NCBI GenBank assembly: GCA_951406725.2
Contig: OX597814.1
Location: 169,446,001 to 169,510,000, forward strand
DNA length: 64,000 bases
Reading direction: 5' to 3'
Origin: Octopus vulgaris
Lineage: Eukaryota
In this document: piece after piece, positions 25,227 through 37,540 of the stretch
Position numbering within the stretch: position 1 is the first letter of the stretch
Layout: every line of letters starts with the position of its first letter
Position numbers and translations under genes: made by a program
The notes under the pieces: model-generated
The model's input: only the letters and a program-made list of their open reading frames with translations
The model's database searches: none
Told to the model about the DNA's origin: nothing

Positions 25227-26148
25227 GTTAAGTTAAGTTAAGTTAATTTTTGGCTCAAAAAGCAAAAACAAGGCCATGTAGGAGGACATGGAGTTATGTA
25301 CAGGGAGGGTGTTCGTGCAAAGAGTTCAGGCCATTTCTGGTCAAGAGAGTCTTTGAACCGAGCGGTCATCGGCATCTTCACTATCTCGTCCGGCAGCTTA
25401 TTCCACGGATCCACAACCCGGACGGAGAAAGCCCCTCTCCTTCGATTGAGATGAAATCGTTGCAGATAGAGCTTTTCAGAGTGACCCCGCAGCCGACGCT
25501 CTGGAGCAGGAGTGAAGAACAGCTCTTTCGAGAGGTTACACTTTCCGCTTATGATGCTGTGAGCGAGGATGAGATCAGCACGGCGGCAGCGTTTTTCTAG
25601 AGAATAAAGGTCGAGCGTCTTCAGCCTTTCTTCATAAGACAAATGGTTGAGACCAAGAACCATGCAGGTAGCCAGCTTCTGGACTCTTTCAAGATGATGT
25701 ATGTCTTTGAGGAGATAAGGAGAAGAGGCTTGAATCCCGTACTCCAATATGGGTCTCACCAGTGTGACATAGAGTGGTAGGAATAGCTGCTGTGAGCATT
25801 CCGAATGACCGTCGAATCAAAGACAGAACTCCGTGTGCTTTGTTGGCAGCATGGATGCATTGGACCAAAGGCGAAAAGGAAGAATCCACCAAGATATCCA
25901 GGTCCTTTACCTGGTTGGACCTCTCCAGCAGCAGACGACTCGGCTCAAAATCAAGTTGAGTTGCAGGAGAGGAGCCAACAGGCAGATGACAGCACTTTGA
26001 CACGTTCAGACACAGGTCCCATTCATTAGACCATCTCCAAACTTGGTGGAGGCATCGACGAAGATTATCTATATCACTTCGAGGAGCGACCAGTTTGACA
26101 TCTTCGGCAAATAGAAGGGTGTGTTGCATGAGGTCGTCGGGCAAGTCA
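25227..26148 (-). mobile_element. 5'-truncated CR1-clade LINE
   Basis: DLP..LLFAEDVKL (FADD), WDLCLNVSKC, RPILEYG..LERVQ..YEERLKTLDLYSLEKR..LRGH..KL..R.AFSVRVVDPWNKLP; (CTTAA)n tail at 25227-25246; frameshift near 25770. Confidence 0.9.
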
Positions 26149-26469
26149 TGTGTATGTGTATGCATGTATGTATGTATGTATGTGTTTGTATGTATATGTA
26201 TGCATGTATACATACATAGAGGCATGTGGGTTAATGGTAAGGGTGTTGCTCTTTGATCATAAAATTGTGGTTTTGATTCCTGGACTGGATGATACATTGT
26301 ATTCTTGAACATTGCTCCAGTCCACTCAGCCGGTAAAAATGAATAATCTCTGTGACGTACTGGCATCCAGAGGAGGGAGTATATAGAGGGAGTATATACC
26401 CTACACAATCTGGGAAACTGACCTTATGAACCTGTGGCTTAGGAAGAAACTTTGATCCCTTTTTTTTTG

Positions 26470-26620
26470 AGGCTGTGTGGTAAGAAGCTTGCTTCCTAAC
26501 CACATGGTTCTGGGTTCAGTCCCATTGTGTGGCACCTTGGGCAAGTGTCTTCTGCTATAGCCTTGGGCCAACCAAAGTCTTGTGAGTAGATTTGGTAGAT
26601 GGAAACTGAAAGAAGCTCAT

Positions 26621-26655
<35 letters not shown>

Positions 26656-26855
26656 ACATGTGTGTGTCTTTGTGTCTATGTTTGTCCCCCCCCCCCCACT
26701 GCTGCCTTAAAACCAGTGCTGGTGTGTTCATGTCCCTGTAACTTAGCAATTCACTAAAGGAGACTAATAAAATAAGTACCAGGTTTAGAAAAAAAGTATT
26801 GGGGTCAATTCATTTTACTAAAAATTCTTCAAGGCAGTGTCCCAGCATGGCTACA
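26470..26855 (+). mobile_element. SINE family A
   Basis: As for 681-1090. Confidence 0.75.
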
Positions 26856-27008
26856 GGATTTGTTTTTTATTGAAATTGGCAGATAAAATACAATAAAAAT
26901 TTGTGTTTGGTAAGATTTGAATTCAGAAATTGGACATATGATAGAATTTAATATTGTGTGGCATTTAGTCTGGTACTTTACGATTCCTGTCACTCTGCTG
27001 TCTTTTCT

Positions 27009-27446
27009 TTAACCCTTTAGTGTTCAGATTACTCTGTTAAATGTAATACCTTTTCACTCAAATTGTTTTGAATTAATCAAGCATTATCTTATAGCTTTGG
27101 GGTTTCAATGATGTGATTGTTTATTTTTAGAATGTCAATGTAGGTTAGGAATGAGAGGCTAGATATCGCCAGTTTGAATATAAAACATGTAGAATATATT
27201 GGGCCGGATTTGGCCGGTTTAAACACTAAAGGGTTAAACCGGCCATATCCGACCCAAATATTCTACATGTTTTATATTCAAACTGGCCAGATCCAGCCTC
27301 TCACACCTAAACTACAGTGACATTCTAAAAATAAACAATCACATCATTGAAACCCCAAAGCTATAAGATAATGCTTGATTAATTCAAAACAATTTGAGTA
27401 AAAAAATATTACATTTAACAAAGTAATCTGAATACTAAAGCGTTAA
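27009..27446. mobile_element. Inverted pair of piggyBac-like MITEs forming a ~440-bp foldback
   Basis: ttaaccctttagtgtt...aacactaaagggttaa (27009-27237), followed directly by an inverted copy ending tactaaagcgttaa. Confidence 0.8.
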
Positions 27447-27577
27447 ATATAAAGAAATCTACAAGGGTGAGTCAGAATGTAATGCAATTTTTAATTACGG
27501 TACTTTTTGACTTACCATTGTATATAAAAAAGTGAATCAAAAACTTATGCAAGAAAAGATGGCTTCTATACTTTACA

Positions 27578-27912
27578 TTATCGAGCGATTACTGTTTCAA
27601 TCTCATTCTGAGATTTAATTATGCTTACTGTTCGTTTTTCGACATCAGTGGCAGACGCCATTAGAAAAACTTATATATATTTGCAAAGAAGCCTTCACTT
27701 TCATCGCGACCTGGTCGTTACCGCCCGTTGACGAGGGACAACAATCCCGAAACTAGTTCGAGCGTATCACTCAGGCTTGCGAGGAAGGGATGGCCTCCCT
27801 TTGCAAATACTCCAAGGACACTGATATTGTGTCTAAAGCCAGCTAGAGACGAAGATCTCTTGGGGCTATAAAGCTACAGTAACACCCCCTCCCCAATGTG
27901 GTTAGCCATGAT
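27578..27912 (+). mobile_element. 335-bp hammerhead-containing non-coding insertion (retrozyme-like) with 22-bp TSD
   Basis: aagatggcttctatactttaca at 27556-27577 and 27913-27934. Confidence 0.75.
27722..27764 (+). ncRNA. Minimal type I hammerhead motif (core UUGACGA, stem III ACUAGU)
   Basis: cgcccg-TTGACGA-ggga-caacaa-tccc-GAAA-ctag-TT-cgagcg; one stem I mismatch and C3>U. Confidence 0.7.
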
Positions 27913-28909
27913 AAGATGGCTTCTATACTTTACAAAAACTGCATTACTTTCTGACTAATCCCTGTATAAAAATAAGGGATGTGTGTTGTTAGTTTAAATA
28001 AGTCTGGTAAAAAGAAAGGGTGTAATATACTTATGGTTAATATGAGTACCGAAGCAATCCAAACAGTCTTAGCAAAGTCAGAGTTGTAGTAGTAGGGACA
28101 ATTTTGCTGAGAAGAGCTTAAGGAAATACAAAGTGAATATGAAGAAGAACGATTATGTTAATAACCAGTTTATGCTTCAAATATTAACGATTGTAATGAG
28201 GCGGGAATCGATTTTTATTTCACCAAAGACTATTTAGTATCTGCGAGATAGAAGGATGCAGATCATCAGCCAGTGTAAAGCAATTTAATGTAGAATTTAG
28301 GAAATGTGTGCATGTATCCATGAACGTGTGTGTGTGTGTACATGTGTGTATGAGTGTGTGTGTGTGTGTGTGTATGTGTGTGTGTGTGTGTGTGGATGCA
28401 TGTCTGTGTGTATGTGTAACTGTAAGGTACTGTTAGCAGCTGATGAAAATCTGTTTGATGTTCTGTTAAAGCCGAGATTAATTTTCTCATAGACAATGAA
28501 TAAGGTTAATTGGAGCTGGCACCATAGAATCCATAGAAGAAATATGAAGCTTTAAGGTGAGCAAAATGTATGAGTTAGCTTTGACTCCCAGTGAAAGCAA
28601 TTCCACTTCTGGTGCCAATAACAAACCATTTTGAACATCATTCCAGTCTTTTTTTTTCTGTCTTATATAAATATATTTTCTGAAGGCAGTGAGCTGGCAG
28701 AATTGCAACCATGCTGGACAAAATGCTTTGCGGTATCTCTTCAAGGTTTATGTTCTGAGTTCAAATTCTGCTGAGGTCAACTTGCCTTTTAGTGTCAATA
28801 AAATAAGAACCAGTCAAGCACTGGGATTGATGTGATCCACAAGCCCCCTCCCTCAAAATTCTCAGGCCTTGTGTCTATAGTAGAAAGTATTATTATTATT
28901 ATTATTATT

Positions 28910-31672
28910 CAGTAGTTTTATTTTTATAGTGTGCTTTCACTTCACTACCGAGCGCAGCTCTGTGTGCCTTGGGTATGTGCTGTGATTTGTTGTGATGCTC
29001 TGATGGTTATTGTATGGAAAGTGTTCTGCGTAGGATGTGTGCAGTACCTAGTAGTGCAATTTTCTGTATGTTATATGTGTTTGTAAGTCCTGGTGTTTTT
29101 GTTATGTATTTGTCTGAATATTTTTTTATCATGCCTAATGCACCTACTATGATAGGAATTGTTTCTGTTTTCAGATTCCACATTCTAGTTACCTCTATTT
29201 CCAGGTCTTTGTATTTTGAGAGTTTCTCCATTTCTTTTAGAGACACGTTGTCATCTGCCGGTATTGATACATCAATTAGAAAGCACTTTTTTTCTCCGTG
29301 ATCTCTGACAACTATATCTAGTCTGTTGGCCTTAATTTCTCTATCTGTGTGTATCGGCATATCCCAGAGTATGGTTGCTTTCTCATTTTCTGTGACCTTT
29401 TCTGGTGTGTGCCTATACCATCTTTTTTCTGTTGTTATTCCATAATGTTGGCATAGCTTCCAATGTATGTAGGTTCCAACTCTGTCATGTCTGTGAATAT
29501 ATTCCTTCTTAGCCAGGACTGGGCAGCTAGAGATAATATGATTTATTGTTTCTTGTCCATCTCCACATATTCTGCAGTTACTTGTAATATTTCTTTTCAT
29601 TACATGTTTTTGGTAATTTCTGGTGGGGAGGCTTTGGTCTTGTGCTGCAATTAAAAATCCCTCTGTTTCTGCTTTGAGTCCTGAGCTTCTCAACCATTGC
29701 TGGGATTTTTCTTTGTCTATTTCTTTTGCGTTTAGTTTAGTCCAGTATTTACCATGAAGGGGCTTTTCTTGCCATCGTTTTATCATGGTTCGTTGCTGTT
29801 CTATTTTTAGTTTGGATTTCATTTGTTTTATAGCTTTTGTTGTTTCTTCATCTTCTTCTTCTTCTTCTTCTTCTTCATGTTTATTAGGTGGTATGATTTC
29901 TTGTTTGTATTTGTCAGCTTCCTTAAATACTGAGAACAGTTTTTTGTTTTGCTCGTGTTTTGCCGCTATTTGTATCAGTTTTCCTTCCTTCTGAAGTAGA
30001 TATTTTTGCAGTCCTATGGTGGTTATTTTATAGTAGTTTTCCAGCTGTATAAGGCCTCTACCACCTTCTATATGTTGTATATATAGTCTTTCTATGTCAG
30101 ATTTTGGGTGATGCATCCTAGATCCTGTCATTATTTTTCTTGTTTTCCTATCTATTTTGGTCAGTTCATTTCGTGTCCAGTTAAGGATATTGTAGCTGTA
30201 ACTTATAACTGGGACAGCTAAAATGTTGATACCTATTATCTTGTTTTTAGCATTGAGCTCTGTTTTTAGTATTGATCTAACTCATCTATATTCTTTTTTT
30301 ATTTTCTCTTTCATTTGTGTGTGTTGTGTCTTATCTAGTTCATGGATTCCTAAGTATTTGTAAGTTTGGCTTTGATCTAATTCTTTTATTTCATTGGTTT
30401 TATCTAGTGTGATGTTGCTACTCTTAACTAGTTTTCCTCTTTACATGGTTACTTTGGCGCATTTTTCTAATCCAAATTTCATATCTATTTCTTTGGTAAA
30501 TCCATGAACTGTCTTTAATAGTGTTTCCAGCTGTTTGTCATTTGCAGCGTATAGTTTTAGGTCACCCATATATAAAAGGTGGCTGATCGTTTTGCCGTAA
30601 CATTTATATCCACATCCAGTTCTATTTAGTATATCAGATAGAGGTGACAGTGCCAAGCAGAAAAGGAGTAGAGAGAGCGTATCTCCCTGGAATATTCCTC
30701 TTCTAATGGGGATGTCTTTGGTTTTCATGAGTCCCTCTTTTGTTTGGAGGTGTAGGACTGTTTGCCATTTATTCATAGAGTGCTCTATGAATTTTATGAT
30801 TGTTGGTGCTACTTTGTTAATGGCTAGTGTTTCGAGGATCCATGTGTGGGGGATGCTATCAAACGCCTTTTTGTAGTCAATCCAGGCCATACTGAGGCCT
30901 TTCTTCTTTCTGTGGCTGTCTTCAATTATGGCTTTATTAATCATTAGTTGATCTTTACAGCCATATGAGCCTTTGCGGCATCCTTTCTGCTCTTCTGGGA
31001 ACAGTTTGTTTTCGTCCAGGTGCTTGTTCAACCTTTGCGATATCACTGCAGTAAATGCCTTGAACATAGTAGGGAGGCAGGTTATTGGTCTGTAGTTTTC
31101 TGGTTTTGCTGTTTCATTTGATTTGGGAATTAAGATGGTTTTCCCCCTTCGTGAGCCATTCAGGCATTGTCTCTGGCTCTGCTAGTATGTTGTTAAAGTT
31201 TTCAGCCAGCTTTTTGTGCATTCCTGTTAGATATTTCAACCAGAAGTTGGGGATCTTGTCATGCCCAGGTGCCTTCCAGTTGCTTAGTCTTTGCAGTGCC
31301 TGGGTGATCTCTTCAGTTGTTATGGGGGTCCAAAGTTGTTCAGATGCCGAGTTTGTTATTTTGATACTCCTTTTTTTGGTTGTTCATTCGCCGACCATAT
31401 TTCTCTCCAGAATTCTTCCAATTCTTCTGCTGTTGGTGCTGCAGTGACTTCTATTTTATTTTTGCCAGCTTTTCTTTTATCTCAGGCAAATCTTTCTCTG
31501 TGATGTTATATTTGCGGAGTATTTTTGTTTTCTTTTTGTTGCTCAGTAGCGTTGATTGTTTGCTGATTTCATTAAGAATCAACAGATCTTTTCTAATTTT
31601 TTGTATTTTGTTTTGGATGTTATTTATCCACAGGGTTTGTTTGGGTGGTGGTACTCCTGTTTGGACGGGTTT
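28910..31672 (-). mobile_element. Dong/R4-clade LINE (RT + CCHC + restriction-like endonuclease) in (TAA)n
   Basis: YRPITCL, QKGCRKGSYGCKDQL, WIDYKKAFDSIPH, RGIFQGD, HLLYMGDLKLY (YMDD mutated), CRICGDGQETINHIISSC, RHD, NRLDIV..LIDVSIP..EKLSKY; TTA arrays on both flanks; frameshifts. Confidence 0.92.
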
Positions 31673-31724
31673 TAATTATTATTATTATTATTATTATTAT
31701 TATCATTATTATTATTATTATTAT

Positions 31725-32180
31725 TGAGTGAGAGAGCACTGCATGCCATCAACGTGACACTGGGATAAAATATCGAAGCCCAGTATACCTATCATGACTA
31801 TTCATCTGATAAGGGTACACCAGGCACATGCATCACAACCATATGCGTGCAACATGGTGATCTCATATCAAGATAAACAGTACATGACCTTGCAGGAGGG
31901 GGCCCCTGAATCAGGGTTATTTAAGGATGTTGAACGAAACATCCATGTTTCCAAAGGCGAATTAGCCAAACCCCAAAGAATTCCTCTCAACACAAAGCTA
32001 TGATGCTCCCCTACTACCTATGCTTGTGATCAGATATGCACATATCGTCAGCCACTAAGGGACATGCTCAACTGGTTAAGGTCAAATAGATGACAAGTAA
32101 ATCTGTGGTATGGAGCAGAATATTTACTGTAGCCTATCTTTTATACCAAGACAAAACATGTACATAACATTTCCAATCAA
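31725..32180 (-). mobile_element. Unclassified repeat ending ...ctctctcactc(aat)n, embedded in TAA arrays
   Basis: Second copy in the opposite orientation at 36795-37157, also ending in (AAT)n; probably the 3' UTR of another TAA-targeting LINE (inference). Confidence 0.65.
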
Positions 32181-32192
32181 TTATTATTATTA

Positions 32193-32223
<31 letters not shown>

Positions 32224-32650
32224 AATTGCCTTTGCACAGCTTCTAACGCTGGAGATGTACTACAGTGTGAGCTGTTCACTACCAGTGAACTAAGGTACAT
32301 CTCTTATTTTTCAAGCACCTTTGGGAGTATTCGAGCGGTTCTAAGCAGTGCTGTTTTCTGCAAGTGCTCCACTCTTATTGCAGCCCATATTTGTTCTTCG
32401 TACTTCTCAAGATTTTTGTTCACTGTTCCCAGGGCTCCGACAATCATTGGCACTACTATCATCTTTTTCATCGACCACAACTGCTTAACTTCCCAAGCTA
32501 ACCTGTCATATCTCTCGACTTTTCTTTCTTCCTTATTGCATACCTTGTTGTCAGCTGGGTATGCTATATCTATGATCCAGCATAGTTTGTTTTCCTTCTC
32601 AATTAAGACTATGTCCAGCTTCCTATTCAGGTTTGATTGTCTTTGCAATA
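32224..32650 (-). mobile_element. 3' end of a second Dong/R4-like family
   Basis: RKLDIVLIEK..IIDIAYP.D..EERKVERY..L.WEV..VPMIVGALG..LQKTALL RLE domain; TTA arrays on both sides. Confidence 0.85.
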
Positions 32651-32672
32651 TTTATCATTATTATTATTATTA

Positions 32673-32715
<43 letters not shown>

Positions 32716-32717
<2 letters not shown>

Positions 32718-33048
32718 GTCTGGCACCTGTGTCGGTGGCACATAAAAAACATCATCCGAGCGTGGCCGTCTGCCAGCCTCGTCTGGCACCTGTGTCGGTG
32801 GCACATAAAAAACACCATCCGAGCAGGGCCGTTCGCCAGCCTCGTCTGGCACCTGTGTCGGTGGCACATAAAATCACCCACTACACTCTCGGAGTGGTTG
32901 GCGTTAGGAAGGGCATCCAGCTGTAGAAACACTGCCAGATCTGACTGGCCTGGTGCAGCCTTCGGGCTCCCGAGACCCCAGTTGAACCGTCCAACCCATG
33001 CTAGCATGGAAAGCGGACGTTAAATGATGATGATGATGATGATGATGA
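32716..33048 (+). mobile_element. RTE 3' tail with three 63-bp units
   Basis: tcgtctggcacctgtgtcggtggcacataaaa at 32716, 32779 and 32842; (GAT)n tail; near-identical copy at 48600-48870. Confidence 0.85.
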
Positions 33049-33960
33049 TTATTATTATTATTATTGTTATTATGATTAAGGCAGTGAGCTGGCAGTTTCA
33101 TTAGCATGTTGGGTGAAATGCATTTCTTTTGTCCTTACATTCAGAGTTAAAATTCCGCTGACATTGACATTATCCTTCATACTTTGGGGTCAATAAATTA
33201 AGTACCAGTGAAACACTGGAGTCGATGTAATTTACTAATCCCCTCCAGGCCTTGTGCCTTTAGTAGAAAGTATCATTATCGTTATGAGCAAGGGTGCATG
33301 GCTTAGTGGTTGCACTAATTATCTAGCAATCATGGTTTCAATTCCAAGACTAGGTGGTGCATTGTGTTTCTGAGCAAAGTGCTTCGTCTCCCATTGCTCT
33401 GCGATCACTTCGACACCTGATGTGTGATACACTGTGCACCTGTTCAGGTAATGTCGATTTGGTGGAGAGAGTGAGCTTAATGTGTGCCACGAACATTTGA
33501 TGGTCAAGTCTTCATTGAAAGAGTCCATTTTACAATGACTCTGCTTGTTCCTCTGTTGCTTAACCTGTCCCTAACACTTTCAAGTGATTAGTTAAAGGGG
33601 GCAGGAGAGGGAGATGGAGAAGAGGTGGGGAGAAGGGAGGAGGATGCAGAGAGGGATAGGGAAGGGAGGTGGGGGTGGAGGAAATGTGTGTAAGGGAGGG
33701 AGGGAGGTGGTGGAGGAGGAGGAGGAGGAAGTGGGGGAGATAGAGGTGGCGGTGAGTGAAATGTGTAATCCTTTATTTTTTTAACTAAGTCTTTTTCCTT
33801 TGTTGCTTAGTCCATTTGTTTTAAGCTTTCATGTGATTAGTTGAAGAGAAAAGCAAAGAGCAAGAATAAAAGGGGGAGAAAGAAAAAGATGGTAAAGCAA
33901 AGAGGGAGAGTGCTATGTATTAAGTCTATAAAATTGTGCATAAAGTATATAAAGTGTATA

Positions 33961-34377
33961 CTCTTTACTCTTTTACTCTTTTACTTGTTTCAGTCATTTG
34001 ACTGCGGCCATGCTGGAGCACCGCCTTTAGTCGAGCAAATCGACCCCGGGACTTATTCTTTGTAAGCCCAGTACTTATTCTATCGGTCTCTTTTGCCGAA
34101 CCGCTAAGTGACGGGGACGTAAACACACCAGCATCGGTTGTCAAGCAATGCTAGGGAGACAAACACAGACACACAAACACATACACACGCATATATATAT
34201 ATATACATATATACGACAGGCTTCTTTCAGTTTCCGTCTACCAAATCCACTCACAAGGCATTGGTCGGCCCGGGGCTATAGCAGAAGACACTTGCCCAAG
34301 ATGCCACGCAGTGGGACTGAACCCGGAACCATGTGGTTGGTTAGCAAGCTACTTACCACACAGCCACTCCTGCGCCT
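33961..34377 (-). mobile_element. SINE family A, young full-length copy
   Basis: CpG-intact, consensus-like. Confidence 0.9.
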
Positions 34378-34546
34378 ATATATAAAATGCATTAAGTAAT
34401 CATCGTATTCCAATATCCTTCACTTTTCAATGAGTAGCAGATGAGCAACACAGGCTACACTTTCAGTTATTTTGGATAAAGTTTTCAGAAATAACCCAAT
34501 AAGTTTATCAATTATTCCATGAAATATTCACTATGAAATATTCATA

Positions 34547-34902
34547 GGCGTAGGAGTAGCTGTATGGTAAGTAGCTTGCTTATGAACCACATGGTTCTGG
34601 GTTCAGTCCCACTGTGTGGCACCTTGGGCAAGTGTCTTCAGCTAGAGCCTCGGGCTGACCAAAGCCTTGTGATTGGATTTGGTAGACGGAAACTGAAAGA
34701 AGCCCGTCGTATATATGTATATATATATATGTTTGTGTGTCTGTGTTTGTCCCCCCCAACATTACTTGACAACCGATGGTGGTCTGTTTATGTCCCTGTA
34801 ACTTAGCGGTTTGGCAAAAGAGACCGATAGAATAAGTATTAGGCTTACAAAGAATAAGTCCTGGGGTTGATTTGCTCGACTAAAGGTGGTGCTCCAGCAT
34901 GG
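34547..34902 (+). mobile_element. SINE family A
   Basis: As for 681-1090. Confidence 0.8.
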
Positions 34903-35169
34903 CTTATTGGTAGAATTGCTAGTATGTCAGTATGTTAGTATGTTTAACCTCATTTCATTTGTCTTTATGTTCTGAGTTCAAATTCCATCAAGGTTGACTT
35001 TGCTTCTCATCCCTTTGGGGTCAATAAATTATGTACCAGTAAAATACTAGGATTGATATAATCAACTAGTCCCCTCACACCAAATTTCTAACCTATAATA
35101 GAAAGAATTGCTCAGCTCATAAAATTATCAAAAATTAACACTGCATAATGAATATGTTATGGATACTGA

Positions 35170-35498
35170 GACCCCTTTGGGTCATGACTGACCATGGGAT
35201 TGCACCTTGAAAGTTACCCTCTCAGGCACAAGTCCGGGCAAGGTTGTTTATGGAAAACCAACAGTCGCCCATGCATACCGGCTTCCCCGCTCCATGCCAC
35301 CAGTGTTATCCAAGGGAAAGGCAAAGGCCAATATAGCTTGGCACCGGTGACGTTGCAACTCATTTCTACAGCTAAGTGAACTGGAGCAACATAAAATAAA
35401 GTGTCTTGCTCAAGAAAACAACATGCAGTCCGGTCTGGGATTCGAACTCACAACCTCATGATCATAAGCTCAATGCTCTAACCACTGAGCCATTGCTT
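35170..35498 (-). mobile_element. tRNA-derived SINE family D
   Basis: Minus strand tggctcagtggttagagc...gagttcgaatccc, then cttgagcaagacactttat..ttgctccagttcac; copies at 52520-52845 (-) and 26218-26350 (+). Confidence 0.75.
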
Positions 35499-35689
35499 CA
35501 ATAAATAGACATTTTACATGTACACATGTAAAAATCTCACAATGCAGAGTTATGTATCTTTAAATTAAACATTACCTGAAATAGTTAATGAAGAAATTGT
35601 TGTTGCTGTAGCTAATCTGCCATTTTACACTTTGATAATAATAGTAATGATGATGATGACGACGACGACAATGATTATTAGGGACAGGT

Positions 35690-36795
35690 AGGATATTTAC
35701 GAGGGTTCTTGGCATCTAAGGTTACTTACTGTAACCAATAAGAAGGTTCTTGTCATCCAAGGCTACTTGTTGTAGACCGATGTTAGGATTCTTTAAAGAG
35801 GAAAGTGTCTGACTTTAGTCCTTTCAAACGGGTCCACCATACAACCTCTTTCACCACAGCCACTAGGCACAGGAAAACGGCCTTACCCTCCTTGTTAAAG
35901 GAGGTCGATGAGGCAATCTTCACTATGGATTCAGCTGATAGCTGGATCCGTCCTATACGTGACAGTAGCTGTTCGACATACACCTATAGTTCAGCAATAT
36001 TTGGGCACTGGACGAGTGCGTGCAGAACGGTTTCATCATCCTGGCAACACCTCGGGCAGGCCCGGCTGACGGCACTTCTGTGTCGGTAGAGTTTATCCCG
36101 AACAGGCAGAGCCCCTTGGTAGCACTGCCAGGCGAGCGACCTCTGGAAATTATCTATTGGCCCCGGCCCGAAAGTCCTTCCAAACAGACCACTCAGTTCG
36201 TTATCATCAATGCCTAGAGTTTCCCCGAGAACGTCGTCACATTTTCCCTCCACTAACCCTCTATAGAACACTAGAGTGGAACTAAAACCGATCGCATTGC
36301 CCGCTTGGCGGAGGGCAGAGAGAGCCTGACAGCACTTGAGGTGCCAAGCGCCCTTTCTCGGTCTATGTTTGATCCAGATCTGCAGCTCTGTCAAAGAGAC
36401 GAGCTGTGGAAAGTCGCGTCTGACAAAAGATAACCACACCTGTTCACCATCTTGGAAACGCTTGAGATGTCGCAGCCTGAGCGCATGTCTGCGCATCAGT
36501 AACCACGGCATGCCAAGGCCTCCGTTCAGCGGTCGTTGACAGCAGATGGATCGCCTGACCAGTGGCACCTGACCCTTCCACAAAAAGTCGAAGAGCAGGC
36601 TTACCAGCTTGGCCGACCAGCGGTCGGGACAAGAGACAACGGTCAAGCAGTAATAGATGACGGATGCGATGTACATATTCGCCACCTCCGCTCGACCTTT
36701 CAGGGACAGCTTCCTTTCGGCCCATTTCTGGGTGAGTCAGTTGTTTGACCGTAACCAGTTGAACATGCCCCTTAGTGGCTGACGATATGTGCATC
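35690..36795 (-). mobile_element. L1/Tx1-clade LINE ORF2 C-terminal fragment
   Basis: FDFLWKG...RPLNGGLGMP, WQCYQGALPVRDKL, CPRCCQDDETVLHALVQCP (zf-RVT-like cysteine motif). Confidence 0.85.
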
Positions 36796-37157
36796 TCTGA
36801 TTATGAGCAGAAGTAGTGGGGGTGGGGGTGCTTCATAGCCATGTGTTGAGAGGGATTCTTTGGGGTTTGAATAATTCACCTCTGGAAACATAGGTGTTTC
36901 GTTCAGCATCCTTAAACAACCCTTATTCAGGGACCTTTTGAGTGGGATGGGTTACTCAACCAGAATAAATTTCTAACTGGTCCCCACCTGCAAGGTCCTG
37001 TGTGGTTTATCTTGACATGAGATCACATTTTGTGCACATATGGTTGTGTTGCATGTGCCTGGTGTACCCTTATCAGACGGATAGTCATGATGGGAATACT
37101 GGGCTTCGAATATTTTACCCCAGTGTCACTTTGATGGCATGCACTGCTCTCTCACTC
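36795..37157 (+). mobile_element. Copy of the 31725-32180 repeat, followed by (AAT)n
   Basis: Reverse-complement homology. Confidence 0.65.
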
Positions 37158-37182
37158 AATAATAATAATAATAATGATAAAG

Positions 37183-37240
<58 letters not shown>

Positions 37241-37241
<1 letters not shown>

Positions 37242-37476
37242 CATCGTTTAACGTCCGTTCTCCATGCTAGCATGGGTTGGACGGTTCGACCGGGATCTGG
37301 GAAGCCAGAAGGCTGCACCAGGCTCCAGTCTGATCTGGCAGTGTTTCTACTGCTGGATGCCCTTCCTAATGCCAACAACTCCGTGAGTGTAGTGGGTGCT
37401 TTTTATGTGCCACCGGCACAGGTGCCAGGCGAGGCTGGCAACAGCCACAATCGGATTGGTGCTTTTCATGTACCAC
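37241..37476 (-). mobile_element. RTE 3' tail
   Basis: catcgtttaacgtccgttctccatgctagcatggg. Confidence 0.8.
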
Positions 37477-37492
37477 AATAATAATAATAATG

Positions 37493-37540
<48 letters not shown>

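Larger units (their letters stand above)
27460..27966. mobile_element. Tc1/mariner-like MITE interrupted by a retro-insertion
   Basis: TA-flanked TIRs caagggtgagtcagaatgtaatgca / tgcattactttctgactaatccctg. Confidence 0.7.

Noticed and set aside
29007-31067. Dong element as an active autonomous copy
   Set aside because: Catalytic YMDD reads YMGD, the PD motif reads LD, and there are frameshifts and 5' truncation
32716-32880. 63-bp periodic repeats resembling a CRISPR array
   Set aside because: Whole units are repeated (no unique spacers), the context is eukaryotic, and they belong to the RTE 3' UTR
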